Below are positions 21,651-32,286 of a stretch of DNA of 64,000 nucleotides, in pieces. Positions within the stretch are counted from its first letter, which is position 1; the number at the start of each line of letters is the position of its first letter. The notes beneath the pieces are model-generated. The model was not told the DNA's origin, did no database searches, and saw only the letters and a list, made by a program, of their open reading frames with translations. A program made the position numbers and the translations under genes. The DNA comes from Trichormus sp. ATA11-4-KO1 (GTDB lineage: Bacteria > Cyanobacteriota > Cyanobacteriia > Cyanobacteriales > Nostocaceae): the NCBI GenBank assembly GCA_019358915.1, contig JAHHIM010000073.1, positions 96,001-160,000 on the forward strand, in the 5' to 3' direction.

Positions 21651-21970
21651 AACTGATAATTTATAACTTTTACTAACACTCTTGTTGCTCTAAATCCTAA
21701 CTGCAATTATCTCCATAATGTTTAAATAGTGTCTACACTACATATAAAAAATTATCAGTTGGCGAATAAAAGCAAGAACAAAGTGATAGTCCTTTTGCTG
21801 TACTGATGATGGCGCACCTGCGGACACAAGCGATAACTCAAGATTTAACAGATAGATTGCAGTGAAACTTGAGCCAGATTAAACGAATGTATGAGGTAGG
21901 CTATAGTAAGGATAAAATCTTTCAGCAGCTTCAATTTTGGCTCTGGCTAATGAATTGAAATACAAGACTT

Positions 21971-22600
21971 ATGACACAAACACTCCAAGCCAAAGATATT
22001 GACTTACGTTACTTAATTGATAATTTTGGCATTCAGTTAGTTTTAGATGAACAATTCTTCAGTGAATGGCAAGAGGAATTACCGGAACTTACAGATTTAG
22101 ATAAACAACTTTTAGACAAAGTAAAAGCTGGTTATTTAAATCTGCTCAATTATCCACCATTGCTAGAAGATGTTGTGAGAATGGCAATTGTAGATCCGAT
22201 ACTTTTTATCGGTGACTTTTACCTATCTCCGTTTTATGTAAAATCTGAGGAATCTATAGATATTGCTGTATTTGATGAAGATGTAATCATTAAAGGCAGA
22301 ATGGATACTTTAGTTTTAAAAGACCAATTCTGGGTAATGATTATTGAATCAAAAAAAGCTTCTTTTTCTATTGAAGAAGGACTGGCACAAATTCTCGCCT
22401 ATATGTTAGGTAATCCTTATCCTGACAAACCCAGTTTTGGGATGATTGCCACAGGTAGCGAGGTTATTTTTGTGAAATTAGTAAAAGGACAACCACCCCA
22501 TTATGCTTTATCAAAAGGTTTTTTAATGCGTAACCCTGGAAATGAATTGTACGAAGTGCTGCGTATCCTCAAGCATTTAACTCAATTGGTGACTGCGTGA
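21971..22600 (+). CDS. Stand-alone PD-(D/E)xK nuclease-like protein (HsdR N-terminal-like)
   Basis: GRMDTLVL...IIESK...AQILAYM; no helicase domain. Confidence 0.7.
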   Translation: MTQTLQAKDIDLRYLIDNFGIQLVLDEQFFSEWQEELPELTDLDKQLLDKVKAGYLNLLNYPPLLEDVVRMAIVDPILFIGDFYLSPFYVKSEESIDIAVFDEDVIIKGRMDTLVLKDQFWVMIIESKKASFSIEEGLAQILAYMLGNPYPDKPSFGMIATGSEVIFVKLVKGQPPHYALSKGFLMRNPGNELYEVLRILKHLTQLVTA

Positions 22601-22779
22601 ATTACCCTGGTAATGTCCGCGAAACTCATTAAAATATAGCAATAATTCTTGAGATGACTTTTGCTATTAGCCATAGGTTTCTCACCTATAGCCTAAAACT
22701 TGGACAAAATTTTAGGCTTTCCAGCTTTGTGCCTTTGTGGTTCAAAGGTTATTTTTTTAACACAAACCTACTTATTTAT

Positions 22780-24783
22780 TTATTGATCAATTGTCCTGTT
22801 GTCAAACCCTGCTGCTTTGTTGAAATTTACTTCTTCCGCCGCCAATAATTCCCGAATTAAACGTGCTGTGGCTTTTTGTGCTAACCGATTGGTAACTTGA
22901 TGACCCAAACGCTGTACACCTGGATTCACCAACAATTGAGCTAGTTGGGGAGCAAGTTGCACTGGATCAAAACCACGGGTTTCTCGGAGAATATTTAAAA
23001 TGCGTTTAATATGCTCTAAGGTTTGTTGTTGCTCAACTGTCGGCCGAGGAGTTTCGTTAACCGCCGTCAAACCTACTCGTTCTCGCAGCACGTAAGTGAA
23101 GTTGTACAAAACATTTTTGCCTAAAGCATTGAGTCCGTTAATAAATTCATCTACCAGTTTGTCTCGAATGAATGAACCACGTTCAGAAGACAGAAATTCT
23201 ATTCCTTGATTTAACACTAAGTTGAAGTCATAGTCTTGATTTTTCTTAGCATTACGAAGTAAGTTTTCTAAACGATTCCACCGAAATTTTCCCTCTTTAA
23301 ACAGCAAATCTCGCAGAGATGTTCTTAATTCCGTTGAAGGGTCGGTTAAAAGTCGTTTAGCAACATAAGGATACGCTTCGCTGAGAACTTTGAAGTTGGG
23401 ATCTATGTAGATAGCAATACCTTCTAGCGTCACTAGAGAACGAATAATTAAAGCGTAATAAGGAGGTACACGGAAAGGATATTCATACATCAAAGCCGAG
23501 AGTTCATCAGTGATACTTTTGATGTTTAATTCAGCAACACTGGCGCCTTGAGCATCGGCAAACACTCTAGCAAAAGCTGGAATAATCGGCGTTAAGTCTG
23601 TATCTGGTGATAAGAAATCTAGCTTTACATAGTCGTTGGCTAAACCTTCAAAATCACGGTTGACAACGTGAACGATCGCTTCAATTAAACCATAGCGCTG
23701 AGGCGGTTGCACCTCACTCATCATCCCAAAGTCGAGATAAGCTAATTTGCCGTCGGTTGTTGCTAACAAATTTCCTGGGTGGGGGTCAGCATGGAAAAAT
23801 CCGTGTTCTAGTAACTGGCGCAGCGAACACTGCACACCCACTTCAATCAGATAGCGAGCATCTATACCTTGGGCTTTAATTTCTGCTGTTTGAGTTAATT
23901 TAGTCCCGTTAATCCACTCCATCGTCAGCACGCGACGATTGGTATATTCCCAGTAAATTTTCGGTACATAAATGTCTTTGATGTGACCATATAACTCGAA
24001 AAAGCGCTCGGCATTTTCTCCCTCATGAATATAGTCCATCTCTTCAAAGATGCGATCGCCTAATTCATCGAGAATGCCAACTAAGTCACTCCGCACCCGT
24101 TTGACTTTGTTTTTTACCCAAGCAGCGAGGTTGCGTAAGATGTATAAATCAATGGTGATTCGCTCTCTTAAATCAGGGCGTTGGACTTTAACAGCGACCT
24201 CTTCACCCGTTTTCAGTTTACCCTTATAAACTTGTCCCAAGGAAGCAGCAGCAATCGGCTGGGGTGAGAGTTCCGCGTAAATTTCCTGGGGTGGTGCGCC
24301 TAGTTCTTCCTCAATAAACTGGTAAGCAATTTCATTGGCAAATGGCGGCAATTGGTCTTGTAATCTAGTTAACTCTTCCAAATATGTAGGAGGAACTAAA
24401 TCCGGTCTGGTGGACAAAGCCTGTCCAATTTTGATGTAAGCAGGACCCAGTTTCGTCAGTAATTCCCGTAATTGCACAGCTCGACGCTGGTCTTTTTTCA
24501 CGACAATTCCCCGGCGGTTGTCCCACCACAACCCAAAAACAAAGGAAAGAGTCGGCCCCAAAACTGCACAAATGCGCCGCAAAACTTGCAGGGGTCTATT
24601 TCCGTAATGTTCCCTAATCTCATCAGGGTCATAACGTATTGTCTCAGGCTCAGACTTTTGCACTGTTATATGTTTTGGTGAACGGACAACCAAAGCTGAT
24701 GTACCATTTTCTGGTACTACTTCACTCAGGTGTGGTTCGCCCTCGGTTGTTCGGGCAGTCGGGGGAAGTGTCTTAACAATCAT
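22780..24783 (-). CDS. AarF/ABC1/UbiB family atypical kinase
   Basis: IKIGQALSTRPD, AAASLGQVY, VAVKVQRP, HADPHPGN, LDFGMM; ATG start taken at 24783. Confidence 0.92.
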   Translation of the reverse strand: MIVKTLPPTARTTEGEPHLSEVVPENGTSALVVRSPKHITVQKSEPETIRYDPDEIREHYGNRPLQVLRRICAVLGPTLSFVFGLWWDNRRGIVVKKDQRRAVQLRELLTKLGPAYIKIGQALSTRPDLVPPTYLEELTRLQDQLPPFANEIAYQFIEEELGAPPQEIYAELSPQPIAAASLGQVYKGKLKTGEEVAVKVQRPDLRERITIDLYILRNLAAWVKNKVKRVRSDLVGILDELGDRIFEEMDYIHEGENAERFFELYGHIKDIYVPKIYWEYTNRRVLTMEWINGTKLTQTAEIKAQGIDARYLIEVGVQCSLRQLLEHGFFHADPHPGNLLATTDGKLAYLDFGMMSEVQPPQRYGLIEAIVHVVNRDFEGLANDYVKLDFLSPDTDLTPIIPAFARVFADAQGASVAELNIKSITDELSALMYEYPFRVPPYYALIIRSLVTLEGIAIYIDPNFKVLSEAYPYVAKRLLTDPSTELRTSLRDLLFKEGKFRWNRLENLLRNAKKNQDYDFNLVLNQGIEFLSSERGSFIRDKLVDEFINGLNALGKNVLYNFTYVLRERVGLTAVNETPRPTVEQQQTLEHIKRILNILRETRGFDPVQLAPQLAQLLVNPGVQRLGHQVTNRLAQKATARLIRELLAAEEVNFNKAAGFDNRTIDQ

Positions 24784-24865
24784 GAAGAAAGCCACCAGTC
24801 GGATTGAGCATGTTAAGTATTGTAACAATATGTTTACAGACAAGCATCCCTCAAAAGGGAAAAAA

Positions 24866-25205
24866 GTGCTGAGTGCTGAGTGGGGAGTGGGGGAGTGCTG
24901 AGTGGGGGAGCAGGCAGGGCTGTTTCATTCGCTTGTGTTGGAGATTTGTCAAGAGGATAATCTCACGCAAAGGCGCAAAGACGCAAAGAAAAATCAGGTA
25001 TTTCGGACTGAAGATGCCAAAATTTTCGGTCTTAATTGTGGATTTGCCCTTGCAATTTTAACCCTTTTAGGGAACGAAACAGCCCTGGGGGAGCAGGGGG
25101 GAGAAGAATTTGATAGTCGTCTTGGATGCAGATAGTGGTAATTTAATTTTTGCCTAATAAATATACATAAGTTTTTTTCTCCTCTGCCCCTCCGCTTCTT
25201 CTCAC
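24866..25205. repeat. Mixed short tandem and dispersed repeats between the ABC1 kinase gene and recN
   Basis: TGCTGAG and TGGGGAG heptamers, CGCAAAGG/ACGCAAAG octamers, GGGGAGCAG units. Confidence 0.6.
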
Positions 25206-25481
25206 AACAGCCACGCTAAATAACTATTGACCTAGGTAAAGCTAATCAAGAGTTTTGCTACACTAAGAAGGGCGTGTTAGTTCAATAGTAGTAGATATTT
25301 CTACCTTTCTAAATGCTGAGTTGAAAAGGCAAAGCTTTACTTAGCCTAAATTCGTAGCAGATGGACTCAAACAAACTTTGCGCCCCTTTGCGTTTAAATT
25401 CAGACCCTTAATTGTGTACTAAATAAAAACAGCCTCCAAATTCTCTGCCAACTCAGCAATCAGAAAGGATAATTTGGCTTA

Positions 25482-27212
25482 ATGTTGCTCTGCCTGCGAA
25501 TCGAAAATTTTGCCCTAATTGACCAACTGGAACTAGAATTTGGCGCTGGACTAAATGTCTTAACAGGTGAAACCGGCGCGGGAAAATCGATTATCTTGGA
25601 TGCCATTGATGCAGCCTTGGGGGGTAAGGTTTCTAGCCGAGTGATTCGTACCGGGACAAATCGAGCAATGGTAGAAGCCACTTTTACCTCCAATCCTCCC
25701 CTAACAGCTTGGTTGAATGAACAAGAAATCGATTTAATTGATGATAACTGTGTAATAGTTAGCCGAGAAATTACTGTCACTACTAGTAATATCCGCAGTA
25801 GATCACGGGTAAATGGAGTGTTGGTAAATCGGCAGATGATGGGAGGACTACGCGATCGCTTGGTGGAAATCACTGCCCAAGGTCAAACTGTGCAAGTGGG
25901 ACAACCCGCCCAAGTCCGCGACTGGTTGGATGTGTATGGCGGTGACTCCCTAATGCAGCAGCGTCAAATTATCGCTACTGCTTTTAATAACTATCAACAA
26001 GCCCATCTCGTACTAGAAAAACGCCGGACATCAGAACGGGAACGTCTGCAACAACTCGATTTACTCACCTATCAAGTCCAGGAGTTGGGCACAGCAAATC
26101 TCCATGATCCCCAGGAATGGGAACAACTAGTACAAGAACGGGAACGTCTGAATCATGTAGTGGAACTACAACAGATGAGTTACAAAGTTTATCAGGCTTT
26201 GTATCAAAACGACAATGAAACCCCAGCAGCAGCAGATTTATTGGGGGAGAGCGAAGCGACATTAACCGATATGGTGGAGTATGATGCCCAACTGCAACCC
26301 CTGTTAGATTTAGTCAGGGATGCTCAAACGGCGATGATAGAAGTGGGCAGACAAATTAATGCTTATGGGGAAAGCTTAGAAGCCGATCCCCAAAGGTTAG
26401 AAGAAGTAGCAGAACGCATCCAGGAATTAAAACAAATTTGCCGTAAATATGGCCCTACCCTGACAGAAGCGATCGCCTATTACGAACGCATCCAAGGGGA
26501 ATTAGCAGAACTTAACGACAGCGAACAATCTATTGAAAGTCTAGAACAGCAAGAAAAAGCCAGTTTGGCAAAGCTTAACCATGCTTGTGGGCAGTTAACT
26601 CAATTGCGGCGTCAAACTGCGGCTGATTTAGCCTCCCGATTGCTGGCGGAACTTAAGCCCCTAGCGATGGAAAAAGTCCAGTTTCAAGTGGAGATTGTGC
26701 CCACTTCCCCAACCGCCACCGGTGCAGACAAAATTACCTTTATGTTTAGTCCCAACCCTGGGGAACCACTGCAACCTTTGATGGCTATTGCCTCTGGTGG
26801 GGAAATGAGTCGCTTTTTACTGGCGCTGAAAGCTTGTTTTTCCCAAGCGGATGCGGCTGAGACAATGGTATTTGATGAAATTGATGTTGGGGTTTCGGGA
26901 AGAGTAGCCCAAGCGATCGCGGAAAAATTACATCAGTTGAGTCAAAATAATCAAGTATTATGTGTGACTCACCAGCCTTTGGTGGCGGCGATGGCTGATA
27001 GGCATTTTCGCGTGGATAAGCAAATTATTACTCAAGGCAAGGGTAAAGCAGAACAACGTACTGTGGTACGCGTGACTAAGTTGGACAATTTAACTCATCG
27101 CCGGGAAGAATTGGCGCAGTTAGCTGGTGGTAAGTCGGCCACAGAGGCGATCGCTTTTGCAGAATCTCTGTTATTGCAAGCTGCTAATCATCGTCGTCAG
27201 GAGATTATCTGA
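25482..27212 (+). CDS. recN: DNA repair protein RecN
   Basis: LTGETGAGKS Walker A, coiled coil, ASGGEMSR signature, FDEID Walker B, VTHQP. Confidence 0.96.
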   Translation: MLLCLRIENFALIDQLELEFGAGLNVLTGETGAGKSIILDAIDAALGGKVSSRVIRTGTNRAMVEATFTSNPPLTAWLNEQEIDLIDDNCVIVSREITVTTSNIRSRSRVNGVLVNRQMMGGLRDRLVEITAQGQTVQVGQPAQVRDWLDVYGGDSLMQQRQIIATAFNNYQQAHLVLEKRRTSERERLQQLDLLTYQVQELGTANLHDPQEWEQLVQERERLNHVVELQQMSYKVYQALYQNDNETPAAADLLGESEATLTDMVEYDAQLQPLLDLVRDAQTAMIEVGRQINAYGESLEADPQRLEEVAERIQELKQICRKYGPTLTEAIAYYERIQGELAELNDSEQSIESLEQQEKASLAKLNHACGQLTQLRRQTAADLASRLLAELKPLAMEKVQFQVEIVPTSPTATGADKITFMFSPNPGEPLQPLMAIASGGEMSRFLLALKACFSQADAAETMVFDEIDVGVSGRVAQAIAEKLHQLSQNNQVLCVTHQPLVAAMADRHFRVDKQIITQGKGKAEQRTVVRVTKLDNLTHRREELAQLAGGKSATEAIAFAESLLLQAANHRRQEII

Positions 27213-27279
27213 GAATCAGTTACTGTGATTTTTGTTTTTACTCTGGGCATGTTAATGCTAAGTAGTAATAGATTTGGTT

Positions 27280-27577
27280 ATGAACCACGAAGACACGAAG
27301 ACACAAAGGGAGCCAATCTCTGAGTCGGTTAATCAGGTGGCTAAACAGATTGTTGATGCTGCATTTGCCGTACGTACATTCTCAGTTCAGTCCAGGGTTA
27401 CTGGAGAGTGTATATGAAGTGTATATGAAGTGTGTCTGATTTATAAGTTGAGGAAGCGAGGATTAAATGTAGCTGCACAAGTTGAGTTACCTGAAACTTT
27501 CTGGTTACCGTGTTGGTCTGCTGAACAACTTCAATGTTCCACTGATTAAAGACGGCATTCAACGAATCGTGCGTTAA
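27280..27577 (+). pseudogene. GxxExxY family pseudogene
   Basis: Manual translation ...IVDAAFAV / HSQFSPGLLESVYE / [21 protein letters not shown] / (deletion) [27 protein letters not shown]; 4-bp and 11-bp duplications shift the frame. Confidence 0.85.
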
Positions 27578-27609
27578 ATTCTTAGTGTCTTAGTGTCTTT
27601 GTGGTAAAT

Positions 27610-28524
27610 TTAGGCGACAGGTAAGGCAACATCCCTAAGAATATTCATTGGCCCATGTGCTTTAAGCAGTTGCATTTCTTCTTCATTTCGTACCAGCAAC
27701 GCACCTGCAAATCCCAGCGAATTTACAGAAATTGAGTCAAAATGCTCTTGCGATCGCGGTACAATTAACATCCATTCTCGTGTAACTAAAAGATTATAAG
27801 CTCCAGATTGTTTGTTGCCAGCAACGGCTGCTAAACCCACACTACGCAACAAGGTATAATATAGCTCCAGTGTTACTTCAGCTGCTGTTAACGGGGACTT
27901 TGCCCAACTAGGATTGAGAGTTGCCAAAGCATGGACAAAAGGCAATCCCGGAATAGTGGCTATCGATTCCTGAAATTCGGCTGATTTTAGTAGCGGTTCT
28001 ATGGGTATCTGAGAACCCGTTGATGTTAGTGGTAAGGGTACTATTTGTAAGTGCTTGTGTCGTTGACTTGCTCCGGCAATTTTACCACCGTTGTAGAATG
28101 CCAAACCCTCAAACTCAGCTAGACAAGCCCACATGGCAGCAAAGTCTTCTAAGGTGAGTAAGGTTTCCTGCTCCTCGAAAGCACGGGTAACAATTAACAA
28201 GTGATAGTCAACAACATTGTATTTGTTCAATATACAAACATGGGTATCGGAGATATCTGCAACAAATAAATCCTCTTCGTAGGGTAGGAAGGGATTAAAC
28301 TCCTTACCGGATGTGTTGGATTTTTTCTGCTGTTGCTTTTGAGCTGCGTCCTTGCGGGCAAGGTTGGATAATATTCGTACTAAGAAGCGAACATGATGCT
28401 GTTCTACAAATTCAAAGTCTGTCGGGATCGACAACAGCGCGCCAGATTGCAAAGCATGTTCAGTCCGCTCCTTGATACTTGTCCACAACGTGCCAGGTTT
28501 CAGCAAGATTTTCCCCTGTGCCAT
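27610..28524 (-). CDS. ATP adenylyltransferase / Ap4A phosphorylase
   Basis: FNPFLPYE, LNKYNV, FYNGG..AGASQRHKHLQ (HxHxQ), SVNSLGFAG. Confidence 0.9.
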   Translation of the reverse strand: MAQGKILLKPGTLWTSIKERTEHALQSGALLSIPTDFEFVEQHHVRFLVRILSNLARKDAAQKQQQKKSNTSGKEFNPFLPYEEDLFVADISDTHVCILNKYNVVDYHLLIVTRAFEEQETLLTLEDFAAMWACLAEFEGLAFYNGGKIAGASQRHKHLQIVPLPLTSTGSQIPIEPLLKSAEFQESIATIPGLPFVHALATLNPSWAKSPLTAAEVTLELYYTLLRSVGLAAVAGNKQSGAYNLLVTREWMLIVPRSQEHFDSISVNSLGFAGALLVRNEEEMQLLKAHGPMNILRDVALPVA

Positions 28525-28621
28525 TTTTTTCCTTTGGGCATGGTGGAATATTTTATCAGTTCTGGCTAATTATTTTTAAACACATCTATCAAAAGAGATA
28601 TTTTTTGTGGTGTTGATGACT

Positions 28622-29689
28622 TTAATACACCATCATGTCATTCAACTCGGCAAACATTTCCTCAAGTAGGTCTTCCATAGTTTCCCGGCTCATTTGGCGC
28701 AGAATTTCCGGGCCACGGAGGAATTCTTTAATAGTTATTTTTTGTTCTCGAAAATCCTTAACAAAATCGCGGATAGCAGAAATAACTTGGATTTCAGATT
28801 CCACTTGTTCCACCATATGTCCAATGGGGTCTATGCCTTCTCGAACAGCTTTGCGGCAATCAGAAACCATCGCTCCTTCTGGAGTATTTTTTACTATGCG
28901 AAGTTCATTTTTCAAGGTTTCATATTGATTCTTTAATAATTCATTTTGCTGTTCTATACGAGTGCATTTGCGGGTTAAATCATCTTCACTATTACTATCA
29001 ATAGTTTCTCCTACCTGATGTTGCTGTTCAATTTCCAACAGTCGCGCCAAATCACCTTCTTTGTAGGCTTTGTTGATTTCCTTCATAATTTCCGTATGGC
29101 GCATTTGAGTTTCATCATCTTTTACTTTATCAGGGTGAAAGATTTCGGCTAAACTCAAAAATGTTTGGCGAATTTTCCTCGCAGCATCAGATTTATTTCT
29201 AGAGGGAAAGTCTATTTCCTGCTGGGTTTGCTGATATTGACGGTATTCTTCAGTAGATTCGCCAGAGAAATCATCCTCTTCTTCATTAGTTGCAAATAAT
29301 TCGTCTAATTCTGTATCTTGATCTTCTTCATTATTTTTGGGTTTGGGGCTGATAATTCCCGCTACTTGGAGTTGATAATAAACACCTTCAATATCTTTTT
29401 TACTTTGCTTACCAAACTTTCTCACCGTAAAAATTTCCTCAAACAAAGTATGAATTTCCCGGTCGATATCTACCAGTTTTTGAAAGCTGGGACTACACCG
29501 ATGAAATATGTCTGTGGCTAATGAACGCATCTGCTCGACAAAGTTGTTCAGTTCCGTCCGTTTTCTTTTAATTTGTTTCAATAGCCATTGATGTTCTTTG
29601 TCTAATGTTTCTAGACGGATGTGGAGAGATGAAAGCGCTAGTGATGTTGTTTGATGAGTGTGGGATGGGGATGATGATTTTTGAGGCAT
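28622..29689 (-). CDS. Coiled-coil protein with central J-domain
   Basis: LAEIFHPDK...MKEINKAY with intact HPD motif. Confidence 0.82.
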   Translation of the reverse strand: MPQKSSSPSHTHQTTSLALSSLHIRLETLDKEHQWLLKQIKRKRTELNNFVEQMRSLATDIFHRCSPSFQKLVDIDREIHTLFEEIFTVRKFGKQSKKDIEGVYYQLQVAGIISPKPKNNEEDQDTELDELFATNEEEDDFSGESTEEYRQYQQTQQEIDFPSRNKSDAARKIRQTFLSLAEIFHPDKVKDDETQMRHTEIMKEINKAYKEGDLARLLEIEQQHQVGETIDSNSEDDLTRKCTRIEQQNELLKNQYETLKNELRIVKNTPEGAMVSDCRKAVREGIDPIGHMVEQVESEIQVISAIRDFVKDFREQKITIKEFLRGPEILRQMSRETMEDLLEEMFAELNDMMVY

Positions 29690-29921
29690 GGAAACAGCTA
29701 ATGGGAATGAGTTTGCAAGGTATCAGGTAGTTACACCTTATACAGATCCTACCGCCAAAACATGAAGATTAGTAAGTTAATCAGTTATCTTTACTTGTTG
29801 TCCATAATGAGTGTAGAAGTTAAAGTTCCCTATTTATAAAAGTAGTGTGTTGCCGTCGGTGTATAAACTGGTCACAATTGCGAGAAACTGAAAGCAGGTC
29901 TATTGAGGAAAGGAGAACCAA

Positions 29922-30281
29922 ATGAGTTGGACTAAAGTTCTTGCAGCTGATGCATTAGCCCCAGGTGGGCGACAAGTAGTAAAAGTTGGCACACGGAAAA
30001 TTTTGCTTTTGAACCATGAAAATCAGCTTTATGCTGTGGATAACACTTGTCCTCACTTAAAAATGCCACTAAAAAATGGCAAAATTACTGAAGATGGGGC
30101 AATTGTTTGTCCTATACATCGCAGCGCTTTTGACTTACAGACTGGTGAAGTACAAGACTGGTGTCCCTGGCCACCTGGTGTAGGCAAAGTACTTTCCATG
30201 ATTTCACAACAAAAAACACTGCCGGTATTTCCTACTCGTGTAGAAGAAGGCAGTATTTGGATTGATATGCAAGAGGGATAG
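29922..30281 (+). CDS. Rieske [2Fe-2S] ferredoxin
   Basis: CPH and CPIH ligand boxes; AAGGAG RBS. Confidence 0.92.
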   Translation: MSWTKVLAADALAPGGRQVVKVGTRKILLLNHENQLYAVDNTCPHLKMPLKNGKITEDGAIVCPIHRSAFDLQTGEVQDWCPWPPGVGKVLSMISQQKTLPVFPTRVEEGSIWIDMQEG

Positions 30282-30374
30282 TAGCCTCTGCATTAGCATA
30301 GCGATCGCTCTTGACAGCCAAAATCAAACTCAGCGCGATCGCTTGCGTGTTTTTTCCTACTCCCCACTCCCCAT

Positions 30375-31058
30375 ATGTTTGAACAACAACCAGAAACTTT
30401 ACAGCAAAAAGTAAAACAGTTAGCCATTCAAGCCCTACAACAATCAAACCCTACGGCATGGTTTGATATTTTATATAGCGAATCCAATGGCGATGTCACA
30501 CAAATTCCTTGGGCAAAGTTAACCCCGCACCCCTATTTACAAGATTGGTTAACTAGTCACAACCCCCAAGGCGAAGGACATTCAGCCTTAGTGATTGGGT
30601 GTGGTTTAGGAGATGATGCAGAAGCTTTAGCCAAGAGAGGATATCAAGTAACCGCCTTTGATATTTCCCCCACGGCGGTTGATTGGTGTCAGCAAAGATT
30701 TCCTGATTCCCCTGTAACCTATGTAGTTGCAGATTTATTGGCGCTTCCTTGGCAATGGCATCAAACTTTTGACTTAGTTGTAGAATCTCGGAATATCCAA
30801 GCTTTACCATTGAGTATTCGCTCAACAATTATTGAGTCAGTTGCTTCTGTAGTCGCAAACAAGGGAAGCCTATTGGTGATTACTCGTTTTCGGGATACTG
30901 AAGCAGAACCCGACGGGCCGCCTTGGCCGTTGTCTAATTCGGAATTGGCACAGTTTGAGAAATTCGGTTTGGACGAAGTTAGCCGTGTTTTATTTTATGA
31001 GGCTGAACAAACTGATATCAAACAACTCCGGATGGAATATAAAAAGTGCGATCGCTGA
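30375..31058 (+). CDS. Class I SAM-dependent methyltransferase (TPMT-like)
   Basis: LVIGCGLGDDA, AFDISPTAV, GPPWPL. Confidence 0.88.
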   Translation: MFEQQPETLQQKVKQLAIQALQQSNPTAWFDILYSESNGDVTQIPWAKLTPHPYLQDWLTSHNPQGEGHSALVIGCGLGDDAEALAKRGYQVTAFDISPTAVDWCQQRFPDSPVTYVVADLLALPWQWHQTFDLVVESRNIQALPLSIRSTIIESVASVVANKGSLLVITRFRDTEAEPDGPPWPLSNSELAQFEKFGLDEVSRVLFYEAEQTDIKQLRMEYKKCDR

Positions 31059-31099
31059 AAGACCGCACATAACTCGCGTTTTAAGTACCAAATACTTTA

Positions 31100-31148
31100 A
31101 CTCAGCACTCAGCACTCAGCACTCAGCACTCAGCACTCAGCACTCAGC
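31100..31148. repeat. Heptamer tandem repeat (ACTCAGC)x7
   Basis: Seven perfect copies between convergent genes. Confidence 0.92.
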
Positions 31149-31159
31149 ACTTAGAAAAG

Positions 31160-32251
31160 TTAAACGTTAAACCGGAATAACATTACATCTCCTTCCTGCA
31201 CAATATATTCTTTTCCTTCACTGCGAACTAACCCTTTCTCTTTGGCAGCATTCATGGAACCAGTTGCCACTAAGGCATCATAAGCAACGGTTTCCGCACG
31301 AATAAATCCCCGTTCAAAATCAGAGTGAATTACACCTGCTGCTTGAGGTGCAGACATACCGGCATGAATCGTCCAAGCGCGGGTTTCTTTGGGGCCACAG
31401 GTAAAATATGTTCGTAAGCCTAAAAGGGCATAAGTAGCACGAATTAAAGATTTTAAGCCGCCTTCTTCCACACCCAAAGATTCCAGAAAATCAGCTTTAT
31501 CTGCTTCTGGTAATTCCACTAATTCCGCTTCTACTTGCGCCGAAACTATCACAACTTGGGCATTTTCTGAAGCCGCAACTTGCCGGACTTGTTCTACAAA
31601 TTTATTACCTGTGGCCAATTCATCTTCCGATACATTGGCAGCATAGATAATTGGTTTATTGGTCAGCAGTCCGAGTCCTTGAATAATTTCTGCTTCTTCT
31701 TCAGCCAAACTTACCTGACGTACCGATTTACCTTCATTTAAAGCGGCAGCTAATTTTTCTAGTACCGCTACTTCAAACTGTGCATCTTTGCTAGTACGAG
31801 CTTGTTTGCGAGTGCGGTCAATACGCCGCTCAATTTGGGACAAATCGGCTAAACCCAACTCTAAATTAATGATTTCAATATCTCGCGCTGGGTCAACAGA
31901 ACCGGCAACGTGAATAATATCGTCATTTTCAAAGCAACGTACTACATGGACAATGGCATCAACTTCCCGGATGTGGGACAAAAATTGGTTACCTAGTCCC
32001 TCACCTTGACTTGCACCTTTAACCAAGCCGGCGATATCCACAAACTCAACACGCGCCGGCAGAATTTGTGCAGAACTAGCAATCTTAGCCAGAACATTCA
32101 AGCGCTCATCCGGTACTGCGACAACGCCGACATTCGGTTCAATCGTGCAAAAAGGAAAGTTAGCCGCTTCTGCTTTGGCGTTAGCAACTACAGCATTAAA
32201 TAAAGTAGATTTTCCGACGTTGGGAAGTCCGACAATTCCGGCTCTTAGCAT
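31160..32251 (-). CDS. ychF: Redox-regulated ATPase YchF
   Basis: GIVGLPNVGKST, ANFPFCTIEPN, DIAGLV, HSDFERGFIRAE, FRFNV end. Confidence 0.97.
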   Translation of the reverse strand: MLRAGIVGLPNVGKSTLFNAVVANAKAEAANFPFCTIEPNVGVVAVPDERLNVLAKIASSAQILPARVEFVDIAGLVKGASQGEGLGNQFLSHIREVDAIVHVVRCFENDDIIHVAGSVDPARDIEIINLELGLADLSQIERRIDRTRKQARTSKDAQFEVAVLEKLAAALNEGKSVRQVSLAEEEAEIIQGLGLLTNKPIIYAANVSEDELATGNKFVEQVRQVAASENAQVVIVSAQVEAELVELPEADKADFLESLGVEEGGLKSLIRATYALLGLRTYFTCGPKETRAWTIHAGMSAPQAAGVIHSDFERGFIRAETVAYDALVATGSMNAAKEKGLVRSEGKEYIVQEGDVMLFRFNV

Positions 32252-32286
32252 TTTCGATTTGAGATTTTGTTAAGTACAGAGTCAAT

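Noticed and set aside
21780..21900. GC-richer patch (CTGATGATGGCGCACCTGCGG) as a possible ncRNA
   Set aside because: No convincing extended pairing or recognisable RNA family by eye.
25460..25873. Antisense ORF in recN, and similar shadow ORFs within kdpA/B, the kinases, ychF, phoD and the GGDEF gene
   Set aside because: They overlap well-supported genes on the other strand or frame and show no motifs.
29720..29734. Possible NtcA site GTATCAGGTAGTTAC
   Set aside because: Spacing is GTA-N9-TAC, not the canonical N8.
30955..31170. 71-aa ORF with STQHSAL repeats (likewise ORFs at 10429, 24873, 24902, 46334)
   Set aside because: Products of intergenic repeats read in frame.
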